A DNA stretch of 22,465 bases, taken from Utricularia gibba (lineage: Eukaryota; Plantae; Magnoliophyta). Every line of letters begins with the position of its first letter. Position 1 is the stretch's first letter. The notes under the pieces were generated by a model. The model did not search any database, was not told the origin of the DNA, and saw nothing but the letters and a program-made list of their open reading frames with translations. The translations under genes were made by a program, and so were the position numbers. Below are positions 1-10,758 of this stretch, piece by piece. The stretch covers positions 1 to 22,465 of the forward strand of contig NEEC01000208.1 of the NCBI GenBank assembly GCA_002189035.1, read 5' to 3'.

Positions 1-2503
1 ACGAGAGCGCCTCCTCAGAATATAAAGCATGCGGTTGAGAAAACCATTTTGGGTGCTCATGACATCCTAACTTCAATAAGTGCATCACGATTTTCGTCGA
101 GTAGGACCCGATGTGGCAAAGGAGTCAGACCGAACCTTGGGTCAGAACGAAGTTCACAACGACATCACCCGCCCAAAAACGACAAGCTTTTCCTTGAGAA
201 ACCATGTAGGCAGCCAATTAAAACCCAACGTTAAGAAATGCATCAGTTTTTTGCCGAGCTACAAATGACTATGGGCCCGAGCTCGACTCGACCTCCTTCT
301 CGATACCGTTGCCCCACGAGAGCGCCTCCTCAGATATAAAGCATGCGGTTGAGAAACCATTTTGGGTGCTCATGACATCCTAACTTCAATAAGTGCATCA
401 CGATTTTCGTCGAGTAGGACCCGATGTGGCAAAGGAGTCAGACCGAACCTTGGGTCAGAACGAAGTTCACAACGACATCACCGCCCAAAAACGACAAGCT
501 TTTCCCTTGAGAAACCATGTAGGCAGCCAATTAAAACCCAACGTTAAGAAATGCATCAAGTTTTTTGCCGAGCTACAAATGACTATGGGCCCGAGCTCGA
601 CTCGACCTCCTTCTCGATACCGTTGCCCCACGAGAGCGCCTCCTCAGATATAAAGCATGCGGTTGAGAAAACCATTTTGGGTGCTCATGACATCCTAACT
701 TCAATAAGTGCATCACGATTTTCGTCGAGTAGGACCCGATGTGGCAAAGGAGTCAGACCGAACCTTGGGTCAGAACGAAGTTCACAACGACATCACCGCC
801 AAAAACGACAAGCTTTTCCTTGAGAAACCATGTAGGCAGCCAATTAAAACCCAACGTTAAGAAATGCATCAAGTTTTTTGCCGAGCACAAATGACTATGG
901 GCCCGAGCTCGACTCGACCTCCTCTCGATACCGTTGCCCCACGAGAGCGCCTCCTCAAATATAAAGCATGCGGTTGAGAAAACCATTTTGGTGCTCATGA
1001 CATCCTAACTTCAATAAGTGCAGCACGATTTTCGTCGAGTAGGACCCGATGTGGCAAACGAACCTTGGGTCAGAACGAAGTTCACAACGACATCACCGCC
1101 CAAAAACGACAAGCTTTTCCTTGAGAAACCATGTAGGCAGCCAATTAAAACCCAACGTTAAGAAATGCATCAAGTTTTTTGCCGAGCCACAAATGACTAT
1201 GGGCCCGAGCTCGACTCGACCTCCTTCTCGATACCGTTGCCCCACGAGAGCGCCTCCTCAGATATAAAGCATGCGTTGAGAAAACCATTTTGGGTGCTCA
1301 TGACATCCTAACTTCAATAAGTGCATCACGATTTTCGTCGAGTAGGACCCGATGTGGCAAAGGAGTCAGACCGAACCTTGGGTCAGAACGAAGTTCACAA
1401 CGACATCACCGCCCAAAAACGACAAGCTTTTCCTTGAGAAACCATGTAGCAGCCAATTAAAACCCAACGTTAAGAAATGCATCAAGTTTTTTGCCGAGCC
1501 ACAAATGACTATGGGCCCGAGCTCGACTCGACCTCCTTCTCGATACCGTTGCCCCACGAGAGCGCCTCCTCAGATATAAAGCATGCGGTTGAGAAAACCA
1601 TTTTGGTGCTCATGACATCCTAACTTCAATAAGTGCATCACGATTTTCGTCGAGTAGGACCCGATGTGGCAAAGGAGTCAGACCGAACCTTGGGTCAGAA
1701 CGAAGTTCACAACGACATCACCCGCCCAAAACGACAAGCTTTTCCTTGAGAAACCATGTAGGCAGCCAATTAAAACCCAACGTTAAGAAATGCATCAAGT
1801 TTTTTGCCGAGCCACAAATGACTATGGGCCCGAGCTCGACTCGACCTCCTTCTCGATACCGTTGCCCCACGAGAGCGCCTCCTCAGATATAAAGCATGCG
1901 GTTGAGAAAACCATTTTGGGTGCTCATGACATCCTAACTTCAATAAGTGCAGCACGATTTTCGTCGAGTAGGACCCGATGTGGCAAAGGAACCTTGGGTC
2001 AGAACGAAGTTCACAACGACATCACCCGCCCAAAAACGACAAGCTTTTCCTTGAAACCATGTAGGCAGCCAATTAAAACCCAACGTTAAGAAATGCATCA
2101 AGTTTTTTGCCGAGCCACAAATGACTATGGGCCCGAGCTCGACTCGACCTCCTTCTCGATACCGTTGCCCCACGAGAGCGCCTCCTCAATATAAAGCATG
2201 CGGTTGAGAAAACCATTTTGGTGCTCATGACATCCTAACTTCAATAAGTGCAGCACGATTTTCGTCGAGTAGGACCCGATGTGGCGAACCTTGGGTCAGA
2301 ACGAAGTTCACAACGACATCACCCGCCCAAAAACGACAAGCTTTTCCTTGAGAAACCATGTAGGCAGCCAATTAAAACCCAACGTTAAGAAATGCATCAA
2401 GTTTTTTGCCGAGCCACAAATGACTATGGGCCCGAGCTCGACTCGACCTCCTTCTCGATACCGTTGCCCCACGAGAGCGCCTCCTCAGATATAAAGCATG
2501 CGG

Positions 2504-2662
2504 TTGAGAAAACCATTTTGGGTGCTCATGACATCCTAACTTCAATAAGTGCATCACGATTTTCGTCGAGTAGGACCCGATGTGGCAAAGGAGTCAGACC
2601 GAACCTTGGGTCAGAACGAAGTTCACAACGACATCACCCGCCCAAAAACGACAAGCTTTTCC
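2504..2662 (+). repeat. Subunit A (159 bp) of the internally dimeric monomer
   Basis: Begins TTGAGAAAACCAT and aligns to subunit B at 48 of 67 columns (one gap) over the 5' part, by manual alignment. Confidence 0.85.
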
Positions 2663-2818
2663 TTGAGAAACCATGTAGGCAGCCAATTAAAACCCAACGT
2701 TAAGAAATGCATCAAGTTTTTTGCCGAGCTACAAATGACTATGGGCCCGAGCTCGACTCGACCTCCTTCTCGATACCGTTGCCCCACGAGAGCGCCTCCT
2801 CAGATATAAAGCATGCGG
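2663..2818 (+). repeat. Subunit B (156 bp) of the internally dimeric monomer
   Basis: Begins TTGAGAAACCAT. Shares collinear blocks with subunit A: CC.AAC.T.AA.AA.TGCATCA.G.TTTT.G.CGAG. Confidence 0.85.
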
Positions 2819-5800
2819 TTGAGAAAACCATTTTGGGTGCTCATGACATCCTAACTTCAATAAGTGCAGCACGATTTTCGTCGAGTAGGACCCGATGTGG
2901 CAAAGGAGTCAGACCGAACCTTGGGTCAGAACGAAGTTCACAACGACATCACCCGCCCAAAAACGACAAGCTTTTCCTTGAGAAACCATGTAGGCAGCCA
3001 ATTAAAACCCAACGTTAAGAAATGCATCAAGTTTTTTGCCGAGCTACAAATGACTATGGGCCCGAGCTCGACTCGACCTCCTTCTCGATACCGTTGCCCC
3101 ACGAGAGCGCCTCCTCAGATATAAAGCATGCGGTTGAGAAAACCATTTGGTGCATGACATCCTAACTTCAATAAGTGCATCACGATTTTCGTCGAGTAGG
3201 ACCCGATGTGGCAAAGGAGTCAGACCGAACCTTGGGTCAGAACGAAGTTCACAACGACATCACCCGCCCAAAAACGACAAGCTTTTCCTTGAGAAACCAT
3301 GTAGGCAGCCAATTAAAACCCAACGTTAAGAAATGCATCAAGTTTTTTGCCGAGCCACAAATGACTATGGGCCCGAGCTCGACTCGACCTCCTTCTCGAT
3401 ACCGTTGCCCCACGAGAGCGCCTCCTCAATATAAAGCATGCGGTTGAGAAAACCATTTTGGGTGCTCATGACATCCTAACTTCAATAAGTGCAGCACGAT
3501 TTTCGTCGAGTAGGACCCGATGTGGCAAAGAGTCAGACCGAACCTTGGGTCAGAACGAAGTTCACAACGACATCACCGCCCAAAAACGACAAGCTTTTCC
3601 TTGAGAAACCATGTAGGCAGCCAATTAAAACCCAACGTTAAGAAATGCATCAAGTTTTTTGCCGAGCCACAAATGACTATGGGCCCGAGCTCGACTCGAC
3701 CTCCTTCTCGATACCGTTGCCCCACGAGAGCGCCTCCTCAGATATAAAGCATGCGGTTGAGAAAACCATTTTGGGTGCTCATGACATCCTAACTTCAATA
3801 AGTGCAGCACGATTTCGTCGAGTAGGACCCGATGTGGCAAAGGAACCTTGGGTCAGAACGAAGTTCACAACGACATCACCCGCCCAAAAACGACAAGCTT
3901 TTCCTTGAGAAACCATGTAGGCAGCCAATTAAAACCCAACGTTAAGAAATGCATCAAGTTTTTTGCCGAGCCACAAATGACTATGGCCCGAGCTCGACTC
4001 GACCTCCTTCTCGATACCGTTGCCCCACGAGAGCGCCTCCTCAGATATAAAGCATGCGGTTGAGAAAACCATTTTGGTGCTCATGACATCCTAACTTCAA
4101 TAAGTGCATCACGATTTTCGTCGAGTAGGACCCGATGTGGCAAAGAGTCAGACCGAACCTTGGGTCAGAACGAAGTTCACAACGACATCACCGCCCAAAA
4201 ACGACAAGCTTTTCCTTGAGAAACCATGTAGGCAGCCAATTAAAACCCAACGTTAAGAAATGCATCAAGTTTTTTGCCGAGACAAATGACTATGGGCCCG
4301 AGCTCGACTCGACCCCTTCTCGATACCGTTGCCCCACGAGAGCGCCTCCTCAATATAAAGCATGCGGTTGAGAAAACCATTTTGGGTGCTCATGACATCC
4401 TAACTTCAATAAGTGCATCACGATTTTCGTCGAGTAGGACCCGATGTGGCAAAGGAGTCAGACCGAACCTTGGGTCAGAACGAAGTTCACAACGACATCA
4501 CCGCCCAAAAACGACAAGCTTTTCCTTGAGAAACCATGTAGGCAGCCAATTAAAACCCAACGTTAAGAAATGCATCAAGTTTTTTGCCGAGCCACAAATG
4601 ACTATGGGCCCGAGCTCGACTCGACCTCCTTCTCGATACCGTTGCCCACGAGAGCGCCTCCTCAGATATAAAGCATGCGGTTGAGAAAACCATTTGGTGC
4701 TCATGACATCCTAACTTCAATAAGTGCAGCACGATTTCGTCGAGTAGGACCCGATGTGGCAAAGGAACCTTGGGTCAGAACGAAGTTCACAACGACATCA
4801 CCCGCCCAAAAACGACAAGCTTTTCCTTGAGAAACCATGTAGGCAGCCAATTAAAACCCAACGTTAAGAAATGCATCAAGTTTTTTGCCGAGCACAAATG
4901 ACTATGGGCCCGAGCTCGACTCGACCTCCTTCTCGATACCGTTGCCCCACGAGAGCGCCTCCTCAGATATAAAGCATGCGGTTGAGAAAACCATTTTGGT
5001 GCTCATGACATCCTAACTTCAATAAGTGCATCACGATTTTCGTCGAGTAGGACCCGATGTGGCGAACCTTGGGTCAGAACGAAGTTCACAACGACATCAC
5101 CCGCCCAAAAACGACAAGCTTTTCCTTGAGAAACCATGTAGGCAGCCAATTAAAACCCAACGTTAAGAAATGCATCAAGTTTTTTGCCGAGCCACAAATG
5201 ACTATGGGCCCGAGCTCGACTCGACCTCCTTCTCGATACCGTTGCCCCACGAGAGCGCCTCCTCAGATATAAAGCATGCGGTTGAGAAAACCATTTTGGG
5301 TGCTCATGACATCCTAACTTCAATAAGTGCAGCACGATTTTCGTCGAGTAGGACCCGATGTGGCAAAGGAGTCAGACCGAACCTTGGGTCAGAACGAAGT
5401 TCACAACGACATCACCCGCCCAAAAACGACAAGCTTTTCCTTGAGAAACCATGTAGGCAGCCAATTAAAACCCAACGTTAAGAAATGCATCAAGTTTTTT
5501 GCCGAGCCACAAATGACTATGGGCCCGAGCTCGACTCGACCTCCTTCTCGATACCGTTGCCCCACGAGAGCGCCTCCTCAGATATAAAGCATGCGGTTGA
5601 GAAAACCATTTTGGGTGCTCATGACATCCTAACTTCAATAAGTGCAGCACGATTTTCGTCGAGTAGGACCCGATGTGGCAAAGGAACCTTGGGTCAGAAC
5701 GAAGTTCACAACGACATCACCGCCCAAAAACGACAAGCTTTTCCTTGAGAAACCATGTAGGCAGCCAATTAAAACCCAACGTTAAGAAATGCATCAAGTT

Positions 5801-8209
5801 TTTTGCCGAGCTACAAATGACTATGGGCCCGAGCTCGACTCGACCTCCTTCTCGATACCGTTGCCCCACGAGAGCGCCTCCTCAGATATAAAGCATGCGG
5901 TTGAGAAAACCATTTTGGGTGCTCATGACATCCTAACTTCAATAAGTGCATCACGATTTTCGTCGAGTAGGACCCGATGTGGCAAAGGAGTCAGACCGAA
6001 CCTTGGGTCAGAACGAAGTTCACAACGACATCACCCGCCCAAAAACGACAAGCTTTTCCTTGAGAAACCATGTAGGCAGCCAATTAAAACCCAACGTTAA
6101 GAAATGCATCAAGTTTTTTGCCGAGCCACAAATGACTATGGGCCCGAGCTCGACTCGACCTCCTTCTCGATACCGTTGCCCCACGAGAGCGCCTCCTCAG
6201 ATATAAAGCATGCGGTTGAGAAAACCATTTTGGGTGCTCATGACATCCTAACTTCAATAAGTGCATCACGATTTTCGTCGAGTAGGACCCGATGTGGCAA
6301 AGGAGTCAGACCGAACCTTGGGTCAGAACGAAGTTCACAACGACATCACCCGCCCAAAAACGACAAGCTTTTCCTTGAGAAACCATGTAGGCAGCCAATT
6401 AAAACCCAACGTTAAGAAATGCATCAAGTTTTTTGCCGAGCACAAATGACTATGGGCCCGAGCTCGACTCGACCTCCTTCTCGATACCGTTGCCCCACGA
6501 GAGCGCCTCCTCAGATATAAAGCATGCGGTTGAGAAAACCATTTTGGGTGCTCATGACATCCTAACTTCAATAAGTGCAGCACGATTTTCGTCGAGTAGG
6601 ACCCGATGTGGCAAAGGAACCTTGGGTCAGAACGAAGTTCACAACGACATCACCCGCCCAAAAACGACAAGCTTTTCCTTGAGAAACCATGTAGGCAGCC
6701 AATTAAAACCCAACGTTAAGAAATGCATCAAGTTTTTTGCCGAGCCACAAATGACTATGGGCCCGAGCTCGACTCGACCTCCTTCTCGATACCGTTGCCC
6801 CACGAGAGCGCCTCCTCAGATATAAAGCATGCGGTTGAGAAAACCATTTTGGGTGCTCATGACATCCTAACTTCAATAAGTGCAGCACGATTTTCGTCGA
6901 GTAGGACCCGATGTGGCAAAGGAGTCAGACCGAACCTTGGGTCAGAACGAAGTTCACAACGACATCACCCGCCCAAAAACGACAAGCTTTTCCTTGAGAA
7001 ACCATGTAGGCAGCCAATTAAAACCCAACGTTAAGAAATGCATCAAGTTTTTTGCCGAGCTACAAATGACTATGGGCCCGAGCTCGACTCGACCTCCTTC
7101 TCGATACCGTTGCCCCACGAGAGCGCCTCCTCAGATATAAAGCATGCGGTTGAGAAAACCATTTTGGGTGCTCATGACATCCTAACTTCAATAAGTGCAG
7201 CACGATTTTCGTCGAGTAGGACCCGATGTGGGGAACCTTGGGTCAGAACGAAGTTCACAACGACATCACCCGCCCAAAAACGACAAGCTTTTCCTTGAGA
7301 AACCATGTAGGCAGCCAATTAAAACCCAACGTTAAGAAATGCATCAAGTTTTTTGCCGAGCACAAATGACTATGGGCCCGAGCTCGACTCGACCTCCTTC
7401 TCGATACCGTTGCCCCACGAGAGCGCCTTCAGATATAAAGCATGCGGTTGAGAAAACCATTTTGGGTGCTCATGACATCCTAACTTCAATAAGTGCAGCA
7501 CGATTTTCGTCGAGTAGGACCCGATGTGGCAAAGGAGTCAGACCTTGGGTCAGAACGAAGTTCACAACGACATCACCCGCCCAAAAACGACAAGCTTTTC
7601 CTTGAGAAACCATGTAGGCAGCCAATTAAAACCCAACGTTAAGAAATGCATCAAGTTTTTTGCCGAGCACAAATGACTATGGGCCCGAGCTCGACTCGAC
7701 CTCCTTCTCGATACCGTTGCCCCACGAGAGCGCCTCCTCAGATATAAAGCATGCGGTTGAGAAAACCATTTTGGGTGCTCATGACATCCTAACTTCAATA
7801 AGTGCATCACGATTTTCGTCGAGTAGGACCCGATGTGGCAAAGGAGTTGGGTCAGAACGAAGTTCACAACGACATCACCGCCCAAAACGACAAGCTTTTC
7901 CTTGAGAAACCATGTAGGCAGCCAATTAAAACCCAACGTTAAGAAATGCATCAAGTTTTTTGCCGAGCCACAAATGACTATGGCCCGAGCTCGACTCGAC
8001 CTCCTTCTCGATACCGTTGCCCCACGAGAGCGCCTCTCAGATATAAAGCATGCGGTTGAGAAAACCATTTTGGGTGCTCATGACATCCTAACTTCAATAA
8101 GTGCAGATTTTCGTCGAGTAGGACCCGATGTGGCAAAGGAGTCAGACCGAACCTTGGGTCAGAACGAAGTTCACAACGACATCACCGCCCAAAAACGACA
8201 AGCTTTTCC

Positions 8210-8345
8210 TTGAGAAACCATGAGGCAGCCAATTAAAACCCAACGTTAAGAAATGCATCAAGTTTTTTGCCGAGCCACAAATGACTATGGGCCCGAACCT
8301 CGACTATCAGGGCCCGAGATCGACATCGACCCGCCTTCTTTTTCC
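8210..8345 (+). repeat. Truncated 136-bp unit: subunit B followed directly by another subunit B, with subunit A absent
   Basis: TTGAGAAACCATG starts at 8210 and again at 8346. The junction at 8296-8340 is a degenerate local duplication of GGGCCCGAGCTCGAC. It may be real or a read/consensus artefact. Confidence 0.6.
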
Positions 8346-10453
8346 TTGAGAAACCATGTAGGCAGCCAATTAAAACCCAACGTTAAGAAATGCATCAAGT
8401 TTTTTGCCGAGCCACAAATGACTATGGGCCCGAGCTCGACTCGACCTCCTTCTCGATACCGTTGCCCCACGAGAGCGCCTCCTCAGATATAAAGCATGCG
8501 GTTGAGAAAACCATTTTGGTGCTCATGACATCCTAACTTCAATAAGTGCAGCACGATTTTCGTCGAGTAGGACCCGATGTGGCAAAGGAACCTTGGGTCA
8601 GAACGAAGTTCACAACGACATCACCCGCCAAAAACGACAAGCTTTTCCTTGAGAAACCATGTAGGCAGCCAATTAAAACCCAACGTTAAGAAATGCATCA
8701 AGTTTTTTGCCGAGCCACAAATGACTATGGCCCGAGCTCGACTCGACCTCCTTCTCGATACCGTTGCCCCACGAGAGCGCCTTCAGATATAAAGCATGCG
8801 GTTGAGAAAACCATTTTGGGTGCTCATGACATCCTAACTTCAATAAGTGCAGCACGATTTTCGTCGAGTAGGACCCGATGTGGCAAAGGAGGAACCTTGG
8901 GTCAGAACGAAGTTCACAACGACATCACCGCCCAAAAACGACAAGCTTTTCCTTGAGAAACCATGTAGGCAGCCAATTAAAACCCAACGTTAAGAAATGC
9001 ATCAAGTTTTTTGCCGAGCTACAAATGACTATGGGCCCGAGCTCGACTCGACCTCCTTCTCGATACCGTTGCCCACGAGAGCGCCTCCTCAGATATAAAG
9101 CATGCGGTTGAGAAAACCATTTTGGGTGCTCATGACATCCTAACTTCAATAAGTGCAGCACGATTTTCGTCGAGTAGGACCCGATGTGGCAAAGGAACCT
9201 TGGGTCAGAACGAAGTTCACAACGACATCACCGCCCAAAAACGACAAGCTTTTCCTTGAGAAACCATGTAGGCAGCCAATTAAAACGCATCAACGTTGAC
9301 TATGAAAATACCATCACCATTTTGCTTATGACATCCTAACTTCAATAAGTGCATCACGATTTTCGTCGAGTAGGACCCGATGTGGCAAAGGAGTCAGACC
9401 TTGGGTTCAGGCCCAAGAGCTTAGAAACCCAGACCTTAAGAAATGCATCAAGTTTTTTGCCGAGCCACAAATGACTATGGGCCCGAGCTCGACTCGACCT
9501 CCTTCTCGATACCGTTGCCCCACGAGAGCGCCTCCTCAGATATAAAGCATGCGGTTGAGAAAACCATTTTGGGTGCTCATGACATCCTAACTTCAATAAG
9601 TGCATCACGATTTTCGTCGAGTAGGACCCGATGTGGCAACCTTGGGTCAGAACGAAGTTCACAACGACATCACCGCCCAAAAACGACAAGCTTTTCCTTG
9701 AGAAACCATGTAGGCAGCCAATTAAAACCCAACGTTAAGAAATGCATCAAGTTTTTTGCCGAGCACAAATGACTATGGCCCGAGCTCGACTCGACCTCCT
9801 TCTCGATACCGTTGCCCCACGAGAGCGCCTCCTCAGATATAAAGCATGCGGTTGAGAAAACCATTTTGGGTGCTCATGACATCCTAACTTCAATAAGTGC
9901 ATCACGATTTTCGTCGACCCGATGTGGCCAGACCGAACCTTGGGTCAGAACCACAACGCATCAAAAAACGACAAGCTTTTCCTTGAGAAACCATGTAGGC
10001 AGCCAATTAAAACCCAACGTTAAGAAATGCATCAAGTTTTTTGCCGAGCTACAAATGACTATGGGCCCGAGCTCGACTCGACCTCCTTCTCGATACCGTT
10101 GCCCCACGAGAGCGCCTCCTCAGATATAAAGCATGCGGTTGAGAAAACCATTTTGGGTGCTCATGACATCCTAACTTCAATAAGTGCAGCACGATTTTCG
10201 TCGAGTAGGACCCGATGTGGCAAAGGAGTCAGACCGAACCTTGGGTCAGAACGAAGTTCACAACGACATCACCCGCCCAAAAACGACAAGCTTTTCCTTG
10301 AGAAACCATGTAGGCAGCCAATTAAAACCCAACGTTAAGAAATGCATCAAGTTTTTTGCCGAGCCACAAATGACTATGGGCCCGAGCTCGACTCGACCTC
10401 CTTCTCGATACCGTTGCCCCACGAGAGCGCCTCCTCAGATATAAAGCATGCGG

Positions 10454-10758
10454 TTGAGAAAACCATTTTGGGTGCTCATGACATCCTAACTTCAATAAGT
10501 GCAGCACGATTTTCGTCGAGTAGGACCCGATGTGGCAAAGGAACCTTGGGTCAGAACGAAGTTCACAACGACATCACCCGCCCAAAAACGACAAGCTTTT
10601 CCTTGAGAAACCATGTAGGCAGCCAATTAAAACCCAACGTTAAGAAATGCATCAAGTTTTTTGCCGAGCCACAAATGACTATGGGCCCGAGCTCGACTCG
10701 ACCTCCTTCTCGATACCGTTGCCCCACGAGAGCGCCTCCTCAGATATAAAGCATGCGG
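10454..10758 (+). repeat. Representative 305-bp monomer (short class, 10-bp deletion)
   Basis: GGCAAAGGAACCTTGGG replaces GGCAAAGGAGTCAGACCGAACCTTGGG at ~10533-10550. ORF-anchor spacing 10342>10647>10952 is 305 bp. The identical junction occurs in 16 monomers by my count. Confidence 0.92.

Larger units (their letters stand above)
2504..2818 (+). repeat. Representative full-length 315-bp monomer (long class)
   Basis: Runs from TTGAGAAAACCATTTTGGG at 2504 to GCATGCGG at 2818, and the next copy starts at 2819. Hand count: 152/315 G+C and 19 CpG. Contains single GGGCCC, GAGCTC, AAGCTT, GCATGC, ATGCAT, TCATGA and AACGTT sites. Confidence 0.95.

Noticed and set aside
2482-2567. Hammerhead ribozyme on the minus strand (CTGAGGA at the complement of 2482-2488; CGAAA at the complement of ~2560-2564), as in newt satellite 2 or Schistosoma Sm-alpha repeats
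   Set aside because: By hand I could not form stem II (GGCG after CUGAGGA does not pair with UCGAC before GAAA) or stem III with a UH cleavage site. The plus strand has no CUGANGA. A covariance-model search would settle it.
2741-2760. Synthetic polylinker (adjacent GGGCCC and GAGCTC plus HindIII, SphI, NsiI, BspHI, AclI sites)
   Set aside because: Seven 6-bp palindromes in 315 bp is close to the ~5 expected by chance. They are dispersed, and no vector or adapter sequence is visible.
2804-2811. TATA-like ATATAAAG once per monomer
   Set aside because: A short motif with an imperfect TATAWAWR match and no supporting promoter context or transcript evidence.
2504-2818. 5S rDNA or other RNA-gene tandem array (the unit size would fit)
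   Set aside because: I see no match on either strand to conserved 5S rRNA motifs (e.g. GATCCCATCAGAACTCC, AGTACTAGGATGGG), and no tRNA cloverleaf with A/B boxes. An Infernal/Rfam scan would be the definitive test.
2730-2842. Fungal RIP signature (two recurrent C>T changes are CpA>TpA)
   Set aside because: Only two sites are involved. The array is 48% GC, still rich in CpA/TpG and highly homogeneous, unlike RIP-mutated repeats.
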